Below are positions 53,933 to 64,000 of a stretch of DNA of 64,000 nt, in pieces. The notes beneath the pieces are model-generated. The model did no database searches. It worked only from the letters and a program-made list of their open reading frames with translations, and was not told the origin of the DNA. Origin of the DNA: the human T2T-CHM13v2.0 reference genome, Homo sapiens. Location: assembly GCF_009914755.1 (NCBI RefSeq), contig NC_060938.1, one strand, 5' to 3'. The first letter of the stretch is position 1. Each line of letters opens with the position of its first letter. The translations under genes and the position numbers were made by a program.

Positions 53933-55530
53933 AGATTACAGTTCCGGCTATGTTATAAGATGGCCGAATAAGAACAGTTCCAGTCTGCAGCTCCCAGTGT
54001 GATTGACGCAGAAGATGGGTGATTTCTGCATTTCCAACTGAGCCTCCGCTGGTGATACCAGGCAAAGAGGGTCTGTAGGGGACCTCCAGCAAACTCCAAC
54101 AGACCTGCAGCTGACAGACCTGTTAGAAGGAAAACTAACAAACAGAAAGGAATAACATCACCATCAACAAAAAGGACATCTACACCAAAACTCCCTCTGT
54201 AGGACACCAACATCAAAGACCAAAGGTAGATAAAACCACAAAGATGGGGAGAAACCAGAGCAGAAGAGCTGAAAAGTCTAAAAATTAGAGTGCCTCTTCT
54301 CCTCCAAAGGATCGTGCTCACCCGCAATGGATCAAAGCTGGATGGAGAATGATTTTGAGTAGTTGAGAGAAGTAGGCTTCAGAAGGTCGGTAATAACAAA
54401 CTTCTCCAAGCTAAAGGAGCATGTTTGAACCCATCACAAGGAAGTTAAAAACCTTGAAAAAAGATTAGAAGAATGGCAAACTAGAATAAACACTGTAGAG
54501 AAGACCTAAAATGACCTGACGGAGCTGAAAACCATGGCACGAGAACTTTGTGACGCATGCACAAGCTTCAATAGCCGATTCAATGAAGTGGAAGAAAGGG
54601 TACCAGTGACTGAAGATCAAATTAATGAAATAAAGTCAGAATACAAGATTAGAGAAAAAGGAGTAAAAAGAAATAAACAAAGCCTCCAAGAAATATGGGA
54701 CTATGTGAAAAGACCAAATCTACGTTTGATTGGTGTACCTGAAAGTGATGGGGAGAATGGAACCAAGTTGGAAAACACTCTTCAGGATATTATCCAGGAG
54801 AACTTCCCCAACCTAGCAAGACAGGCCGACATTCAAATTCAGAAAATACAGAGAACACCACAAAGATAATTCTTGAGAAGAGCAAACCTAAGGCACATAA
54901 TTGTCAGATTCACCAAGGTTGAAATGAAGGAAAAAATGTTAAGGGTAGCCAGAGAGAAAGGTTGGGTTACCCACAAAGGGAAGCCCATCAGACTAACAGT
55001 GGATCTCTCAGCAGAAATCTTACAAACCAGAAGAGAGTGGGGACCAATATTCAACATCCTTAAAGAAAAGAGTTTTCAATCCAGAATTTCATATCCAGAC
55101 AAACTAAGCTTCAGAAGTGAAGGATAAATAAAATCCTTTACAGACAAGCAAATGCTGAGAGATTTTGTCAACACTAGGCCTGCCTTACAAGAGCTCCTGA
55201 AGGAAGGACTAAACTTGGAAAGAAACAACCAGTACCGGCCACTGCAAAAACATGCCAAATTGTAAAGACCAAGGATGCTATGAGGAAACTGCATGAATTG
55301 ATGGGCAAAATAACCAGCAAACATCATAATGACAGGATCAAATTCACACATAACAGTATTAACCTTAAATGTAAATGCACTAAATGCCCCAATTAAAAGA
55401 CACAGACTGGAAAATTGGATAAAGAATCAAGACCCATCAGTGTGCTGTATTCAGGAGACCCATGTCACATGCAAAGATGCACATAGGATCAAAATAAACG
55501 GATGGAGGAAGATCTACCAAGCAAATGGAA

Positions 55531-55564
<34 letters not shown>

Positions 55565-58500
55565 CAGGGGTTGCAATCCTAGTCTCTGTTAAAACAGACT
55601 TTAAACCAACAAAGATCAAAAGAGACAAAGACGGCCATTGCATAATGGTAAAGGGATCAATTCAACAAGAAGAGCTAACTATCCTAAATATATATGCACC
55701 CAATACAGGAGCACCCAGATTCATAAAGCAAGTCCTTAGAGACCCACAAAGAGACTTGGACTCCCATACAATAATAATGGGAGACTTTAAAATCCCACTG
55801 ATAATATTAGACAGATCAACGAGACAAAAGGTTAACAAGGATATCCAGGACTTTAACTCAGCTCTGCACCAAGTGGACCTAACAGACATCTACAGAACTC
55901 TCCACCCTAAATCAACAGAATATACATTCTTCTCAGCACCACATCAAACTTATTCTAAAATTGGCCACATAATTGGAAGTAAAGCACTCCTCAGCAAATG
56001 TAAAAGAACAGAAATTATAACAAACTATCTCTCAGACCACAGTGGAATCAAATTAGAACTCAGGATTAAGAAACTCAGTCAAAACAACACAACTACATGG
56101 AAACCGAACAACTTGCTCCTTAATGACTACTTTGTAAATAACAAAATGAAGGCAGAAATAAAGATGTTCTTTGAAACCAATGAGAAATAAGACACAACGT
56201 ACCAGAATCTCTGGGACACATCTAAAGCAGTGTGTAGAGGGAAATTTATAGCACTAAATGCCCACAAGAGAAAGCAGGAAATATCTAAAATTGACATAAT
56301 ATCACAATTAAAAGAACTAGAGAAGCAAGAGCAAACACATTCAAAAGCTAGCAGAAGGCAAGAAATAACTAAGATCAAAGCAGAACTGAAAGAGATAGAG
56401 ACACAAAATCCCTTCAAATAATCAATGAATCCAGGAGCTGGTATTTGAAAAGATCAACAAAATTGATAGACCACTAGCAAGACTAATAAAGAAAAAAAGA
56501 GAGAAGAAACAAATAGATGCAATAAAAAATGATAAAGGGGATATCACCACCGATCCCACAGAAATACAAACTACCATCAGAGAATACTATAAACACCTCT
56601 ATGCAAATGAACTAGAAAATCTAGAAGAAATGGATAAATTCCTGGACACATACATCCTCCCAGGAATAAACCAGGAAGATGTTGAATCCCTGAATAGGCC
56701 AATAACAGGCTCTGAAATGGAGGCAATAATTAATAGCCTACCAACCAAAAAAAAATCCAGGACCAGATGGATTGACAGCCAAATTCTAGCAGAAGTACAA
56801 AGAGGAGCTGGTACCATTCCTTCTGAAACTATTGCAATCAATAGAAAAAGAGGGAATCCTCCCTACCTCATTTTATGAGGCCAACATCATCCTGATACCA
56901 AAGCCAACAAAAAAAGAGAATTTTAAACCAATATCCCTTATGAATATCGATGCGAAAATCCTCAGTAATATACTGGCAAACCAAATCCAGCAGCACATCT
57001 CAAAGCTTATCCAACACAATCAAGTCAGCTTCATCCCTGGGATGTCAGGCTGGTTCAACATACACAAATCAATAAATGTAATGCATCACATAAACACAAC
57101 CAATGACAAAACCACATGATGATCTCAATGTAAAGCATCACATAAACAGAACCAATGAAAAACCACATGATTATCTCAATAGATGCAGAAAAGGCCTTCG
57201 ACAAAATTCAACAGCGCTTCATGCTAAAAACTCTCAATAAATTAGGTATTGATGGGATGTATCTCAAAATAATAAGAGCTATCTATGACAAACCCACAGC
57301 CAATATCATACTGAATGGACAAAAACTGGAAGCATTCCCTTTGAAAACTGGCACAAGACAGGGATACCCTCTCTCACCACTCCTATTCAACATAGTGTTG
57401 GAAGTTCCGGCAAGGGCTATCAGGCAAGAGAAAGAAATGAAGCATATTCGATTAGGAAAAGAGGAAGTCAAGTTGTCCCTGCTTGCAGATGAAATGATTG
57501 TATATTCAGAAAATCCCATCATCTCAGCCCAAAATCTCTTTAAACTGATAAGCAACTTCAGCCAAGTCTCAGGATACAAAATCAACGTGCGAAAATCACA
57601 AGAGTTCCTATACACCAATAACAGACAAACAGAGAGCCAAATCATGAGTGAACTCCCATTCACAATTGCTACAAAGAGAATAAAACACCTAGGAATCCAA
57701 CTTACAAGGGATGTGAAGGACCTCTTCAAGGAAAACTACAAACCACTGCTCAACAAAATAAAAGAGGACACAAACAAATGGAAGAACATTCCATGATCAT
57801 GGGTAGGAAGAATCAATATCATGAAAATGGCCATACTGCCCAAGGTAATTTATAGATTCAATGCCATCCCCATCAAACTACCAATGACTTTCTTCACAGA
57901 ACTGGAAAAAACTACTTTAAAGTTCATATGGAACCAAAAAAGAGCCCACATTGCCAGGACGATCCTAAGCAAAAAGAACAAAGGTGGAGGCATCACGCTA
58001 CCTGGCTTCAAACTATACTACAAGGCTATGGTAACCAAAACAGCATGGTACTGGTACCAAAACAGACATACAGACCAATGGAACAGAACAGAGAGAGGCC
58101 TCAGAAATAACACCACACATCTACAACCATCTGGTCATTGACAAACCTGACAAAAACAAGAAATGGGGAAAGGATTCCCTATTTAATAAATGGTACTGGG
58201 AAAACTGGCTAGCCATATGTAGAGAGCTGAAACTGGATCCCTTCCTTACACCTTACACAAAAATTAATTCAAGATGGATTAAAGACTTAAATGTTAGACC
58301 TAAAACCATAAAAACTCTAGAAGAAAACCTAGGCAATACCATTCAGGACATAGGCACGGGCAAGGACTTCATGACTAAAACACCAAAAGCAATGGCAACA
58401 AAAGCCAAAATAGACAAATGGGATGTACTTAAACTAAAGAGCTTCTGCACAGCAAAAGAAACTACCATCAGAGTGAACAGGCAACCTTCAGAATGAGGGA

Positions 58501-59461
58501 AAATTTTTGCAATCTACCCATCTGACAAAGGGCTAATAACCAGAATCTACAAAGAACTTAAACAAATGTACAAGAAAAAAACAAATAACCCCATCCAAAA
58601 GTGGGCAAAGGATATGAACAGACACTTCTCAAAAGAAGACATCTATGCAGCCAACAGACACATGAAAAAATGCTCATCATCACTGGTCGTCAGAGAAATG
58701 CAAATCAAAACCACAATGAGATACCATCTCATGGCAGTTAGAATGGCGATCATTAAAAAGTCAGGAAACAACAGGTGCTGGAGAGGATGTGGAGAAATAG
58801 GAACACTTTTACACTGTTGGTGGGACTGTAAACTAGTTCAATCATTGTGGAAGACAGTGTGATGATCCCTCAAGGATCTACGACTAGAAATACCATTTGA
58901 CCCAGCAATCCCATTACTGGGTATATACCCGAAGGATTATAAATCATGGTACTATAAAGACACATGCACATGTATGTTTATTGTGGCACTATTCACAATA
59001 GCAAAGACTTGGAACCAACCCAAATGTCCATCAATGATAGACTGGATTAAGAAAATGTGGCACATACACACCATGGAATACTATGCAGCCATAAAAAGGA
59101 TGAGTTTACGTCCTTTGCAGGGTCATGGATGAAGCTGGAAACCGCCATTCTCAGCAAACTATCACAAGGACAGAAAACCAAACACCACATGTTCTCACTC
59201 ATAGGTGGGAATTGAACAATGAAATCACTAGGATACAGGGCGGGGAACATCACATACTGGGACTTGCCAGAGGGTAGGGGGCTGGGGAAGGGATAGCATC
59301 AGGAGAAATACCTAATATAAATGACGAGTTGATACTGGCAGCAAACCAACATGGCACATGTATACCTATGTATCGAAACTGCAAGGTGTGCACATGTACC
59401 CTATAACTTAAAGTATAATAAAAAACAAATAAATAAATGAATAAAAATAATAATTTAAAAA
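53933..59461 (+). mobile_element. Near-full-length L1PA (L1PA6/7-like) with spliced 5'UTR (SpIRE); ORF1 54244-55265 and ORF2 from 55329, both disrupted
   Basis: YY1-type aagatggccg at ~53957, splice junction at 54042/54043, A-rich tail, and an 18-bp TSD gaaaaacagga(t/a)tttgaa at 53915-53932 and 59462-59479. Confidence 0.93.
55534..55563. repeat. A30 homopolymer expanded within the L1 ORF2 endonuclease domain
   Basis: Directly visible. It produces the poly-K stretches in the ORF track. Confidence 0.9.
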
Positions 59462-62400
59462 GAAAAACAGGAATTTGAACTGCATGGGTCCACTTATATC
59501 AGATTTTCTTCTGCTTCAGCCACAGTTGAGACAGCAAGACCAAGCCCTCCTCTTCCTTCTCTGTCTCAGACCACTCAATGTGAAGACGATGAGAGTGAAG
59601 ACTTTTATGATGATACACTTCTACTTAATGAATAATAAATATAATTTCTCCTATGATTTTCTTAATAACATTTTCTGTTCTCTGGATTACTTTACGGTAA
59701 GAGTACAGTGTACGATACATAATACAAAATATGTGTTAATTGACTGTGTTATCGGTAAGGCTTCCGATCATCAGCAGGGTAGTAGTAGCTAAGTTTTGGG
59801 GGAGTCAAAAGTTATAAACAGCTTTTCAACTGTGTATGGGGGCTCCCAGTGCCCCTCACCACTACATTGTTCAAGGGTCCACTGAAATTTGATAACTACT
59901 TGAAAACTTTTTAGGGCCAGATACTACTTGAAAACTTTTCTTTTGGGGCTTTATATTCTAGCAGCCTTAACTAGTTAAGACCATTTTAAATGGCCTTTTA
60001 AGCACTACACTTCCATCTGACTCTAAAGAAGATCCACGTTTAGTTCAAGTGCCAAATAAAATCTACCTGAGACCCAAGAATTTATAAGATAACCAAACTA
60101 AAACCGAACCTAATTAAGCAAACTAAAAATATTAAGCTAGTTTAGTTTACATGCAAAACCAGAGGTCTTATCTAACTCTGCTATTAGAGAAATTGAGAAA
60201 TTAAATCTACACTTGAAAGTACTGAGTTGACTTATCTCAGATAAGGCAGGTAAAATGAAATGAAAGAAAAGTCTTAACAAAATATTCAGTTCAAAATTGG
60301 GAGTTAGTGTTCCCAGTGACCTTGTACTGTGGAAAACATGTAAGTGTCAAGGTTTCTTAGACAATGTGACCACAATAGTAGCTTAGACTGCCTATCTCTT
60401 TATGCTTGTGCCATCAAGCTCTGCTAATTTGTGGGATGTTGAGAAGAAACTCAAATTGCATAAGTATATTGAACTAAAGGCAAGTGGAATCTTGACTTCT
60501 TAATGAACTTGACTGGTAAACACAAATGTATGTAGAAATATTCTACAAGCCCTTCACAAATATTAGCACCCTGCGCCTGGAATTCACACATATTTCACCA
60601 CTTGGCTGCTCTTGCTCTTCCACCCTTTTTCAGACTGTCTCTCTACTCATGGCTTCTTTCATTCATCTGGATTTACAACCTGTTCTAAATGAGTCTGTTT
60701 GGCTTTGACTTGAACCTCAATTCCAGGTCACATCTTGTCCATTTTCTGAAGGACAAGAATCTCGAATACAGATAACAGACACAATGACCCCTGAATCTTG
60801 CCCCAAGCTCTGTAGGAATTCTTTCCCCTCCTATCAGGAAAGAGAAATCATTCCTATAGCTGAACTTCCATGAAGTCAACAGAATTGTAATATTTGTAAT
60901 ATTTTAAAAGTGATTTACAGATCAATAAATATTTATCATGATTTCAGTTTCTCCACTGAAGTAGATAAAGAAAAACTTCCTAATGAGCTTGAAATATAAA
61001 GCAGCTGCTAACTTTGATAGGGAACTTATTAGCTGAGAGAGAATTACCAAAAGAATACAATTCCCCTGAAAACTGGTAATGAATATATATATGTCTTATA
61101 ATCATCCTTTAATTTCTGGCTACATAGCAAAAAGATAACTTTAATTTGATTTTATTTGGCTCTGTAAAAGCGCATTCTCTTTCATGAAACTGCAAATTCA
61201 AGAGTGGGAGCTACCACTAGTGATGCAGATTTGGAGTCAGTATTGATATGTGGTGATTAAAAAATATCCCACAGGTATTGAAATGAAAATCTTTTAAGTA
61301 GCACTATTGTCATTGATTTGCTGAAAAATGATCAATGACTAGCAATGTGCTTTTAATGGTCTACTTATATATATAAATTGATTAAAACTTTAAAATTAAT
61401 TTTAAATGACTTTCAAACTAGAGATTTTACTATAGAATAGGCTATACCTTATATTTTTATAAATTTTAAATATTCATATAACATGAATACATATAATGTC
61501 TGATTGAAAGGCCCATTACTGAAAAATCTGAATGCAATGGCCTAGAAGACAAATTGTCTGTACAAGGAAAAAGAAAGAATTATTATGAATATTAGATTGT
61601 AACAACTTGCTCATAGTTCTGTTTATGTGACCATTTCTCACTGATAAATACAGATGAACACAGAGACAGAACCTATAGACTCACTGCCCTGCACATCACA
61701 AATGGCCTTCACTACAGAATTATATTCAGCAAGTTAACCCAACACTATAAGCAAATAATCTATGGAGATATAAAAACATATGCTGTTGAAATAAATTTTT
61801 TGCATCTGAATATATTTCATGCATAACGTCTTTTTCTCTCTAATTCCTTAAATGGCTTGGGACCTGGATATGCTCATATTAGGATCAATAGAGCACTATA
61901 TTCTACTATTTTCTTTCTGTATTCTACAAATAACTAGGCCTGAAGAAACTGCACAGGCATGATGAAGAACAATTAGAGATTCAAAAAAGAATGTATACAA
62001 TTTGAGTTAATAATTAAACTGGGAGAGGTGCATTGCTAACACTGGGAAAACCTAAAGCATATTCACCTGTGAGAACAATTAGCATTTTTCTTATATTTGA
62101 AAGCATGATATAGGGAGATATGGTTAAAATGAACTTCAACTTTAGTTGTAATTTTTCAGAAATTGAAGACTTAAGGTTGCCATTGCTTTTGTGATTAATT
62201 TACCTACTGCCATGCCCTGAAGTCCTTCACCAAATCTATAGGCAGAAAGAAAAAACAACCATACAAATCGACAAAATGTTTTAATCGAATAAGGAAAATG
62301 TAGCATTTGTGAAGATGTAAGAGGGTTGGGGGAGAGGGTGGCATGAATATGCTGACTTCCATGTAATTTCATGTCCCCATGAACTCTTCTCAGGGGTAAA

Positions 62401-62750
62401 GCAAATGTTTTCATTATCAGAAACATAGTAAATACCAACATGTTAGCAGATGAAATTACTTACACACTCTATGAAGCATAATTCTTGTTTATATTTTGTT
62501 CTACAGTATAAAAAGAGAAAGTCTGTCAGGAAAGAAACTAAAAATGAAGAAAATATGAGTCTTGTCTAACTGAGAAGCCTACCAGTATCAGGGCCCAACA
62601 TTCATCATATTAAAAATTCCAATTATGAATCCCTCAATTCGAACCTATCTTTTTAGCATACTTTTTAGATAATTTTGTCTTACTTTTTGGTTTGAGTGGA
62701 CCATGATCAGCTATCTCTAAGGCCAATTCTAATATCCTGTTAAATTTTTT

Positions 62751-64000
62751 AGGGAGAGGTTCCAAGATGGCCAAATAGGAACAGCTCCAGTCTACAGCTC
62801 CCAGCGTGAGTGACACAGAAGATGGGTGATTTCTGGATTTCCAACTGAGGTACCAGGTTCATCTCACTGGGGCTTGTCAGACAGTGGGTGCAGCCCACGG
62901 AGCGTGAACTGAAGCAGGGTGGGGCATCGCCTCACTGGGGAAGCACAAGGGGTTGGGTAATTCCCTTTCCTAGGAAAGGGAAGCCGTGACAGACAGTACC
63001 TGGAAAATCGGGACACTCCCACTTTAATACTGTGCTTTTCCAACTGTCTTAGGAAACGGCACACCAGGAGATTATATCCCGCGCATGGCTCGGAGAGTCC
63101 CATGCCCACGGAGCCTCACTCACTGCTAGCACAGCAGTCTGAGATCGAACTGCAAGGCAGCAGCGAGGGTGGGGGAGGGGCGTCTGCCATTGCTGAGGCT
63201 TGAGTTGGTAAACAAAGTGGCCGGGAAGCTCAAACTGGGTGGCTCCCACTGCAGCTCAAGGAGGCCTGCCTGCCTCTGTAGACTCCACCTCTGGGGGCAG
63301 GGCATAGCCAAACAAAAGGCAGCAGAAACTTCTGCAGACTTAAATGTCCCTGTCTGACAGCTTTGAAGAGAGCAGTGGTTCTCCCAGCACGGAGTTTGAG
63401 ATCTGAGAATGGACAGATTGTTCCTCAAGTGGGTCCCTGACCCCCAAGTAGCCTAACTGGGAGACACCTCCCAGTAGGGGCTGACTGACACCTCATACAG
63501 CCAGGTGCCTCTCTGAGATGAAGCTTCCAGAGGAAGGATCAGGCAGCTACACTTGTTGTTCTGCAATATTTGCTATTCTGCAGCCTCTGCTGGTGATACC
63601 CAGGCAAACAGGGTCTGGAGTGGACCTCCAGCAAACTCCAACAGACCTGCAGATGAGGGTCCTGACTGTTAGAAGGAAAACTAACAAACAGAAAGGACAT
63701 CAACACCAAAACCCCATCTGTACGTCACCATCATCAAAGACCAAAGGTAGACAAAACCACAAAGATGGGGAGAAACCAGAGCAGAAAAGCTGAAAATTCT
63801 AAAAATCAGAGCGCCTCTTCTCCTCCAAAGGAATGCAGCTGCTCGCTGGCAATGGAACAAAGCTGGACAGAGAATGACTTTGACGAGTTGAGAGAAGAAG
63901 GCTTCAGACGATTGGTAATAACAAACTTCTCCTAGCTAAAGGAGGATGTTCAAACCCATCGCAAAGAAGCTAAAAACCTTGAAAGAAGATTAGACGAATG
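62751..64000 (+). mobile_element. 5' end of an L1PA (L1PA5-7-like) with unspliced ~1-kb 5'UTR; ORF1 starts at 63765 with an in-frame TAG at 63933; runs off the window end
   Basis: ggttccaagatggcc start, GC-rich UTR, and ATGGGGAGAAACCAG ORF1 start. Confidence 0.93.
62760..63764 (+). promoter_or_regulatory. L1 internal promoter region with YY1 motif CAAGATGGCC (62763-62772)
   Basis: The motif is seen in the sequence. Promoter role is established for L1 5'UTRs, but activity of this copy is unknown. Confidence 0.6.

Larger units (their letters stand above)
53903..59884 (+). mobile_element. Tigger2a-like non-autonomous DNA transposon split by an L1 insertion near its left TIR (pieces 53903-53932 and 59462-59884)
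   Basis: Terminal inverted repeats TA-cagtttacccttgaa and ttcaagggtccactg, with internal tttgaactgcatgggtccacttata. Confidence 0.8.

Noticed and set aside
55525-56190. 221-aa ORF with a poly-lysine N-terminus
   Set aside because: It is the L1 endonuclease domain entered through an A30 expansion, not a novel basic protein.
59895-59939. Direct repeat actacttgaaaactttt x2 with a short spacer
   Set aside because: Only two copies: a local duplication, not a CRISPR-like or regulatory array.

Overview
Anthropoid primate (very likely human or ape) AT-rich, repeat-dense genomic DNA with no recognisable intact protein-coding gene. The ORFs I could assign are decayed transposon fragments, and the rest look like chance ORFs. 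The window holds L1 copies from ancient L1M to L1PA age, four two-LTR MaLR elements (three THE1, one MSTA-like) plus solo LTRs, a 5'-deleted HERV-L (RT/RNaseH/IN/dUTPase plus MLT2A LTR), five Alus, a Tigger2a-like DNA transposon, and an old full-length processed RPS6 pseudogene that the ORF track misses. The most interesting signals are structural. (1) A 55-bp segment of one L1 copy is templated into a THE1 element 11.55 kb away. (2) A second ~57-bp templated insertion and a deletion hit the same short homologous segment of other MaLR internals. (3) A near-full-length L1PA has a 5'UTR precisely spliced GT..AG (a SpIRE), with an unspliced relative in the same window as control. (4) Two head-to-head THE1 LTRs lie 25 bp apart and show signs of arm-to-arm conversion. 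(5) A twin-primed L1 has an unusually short poly(A)-primed arm. (6) Two speculative in-frame exon candidates sit next to a CpG-retaining unique segment. Subfamily names come from remembered consensus features, not a database search. I did not find a convincing new protein-coding system.
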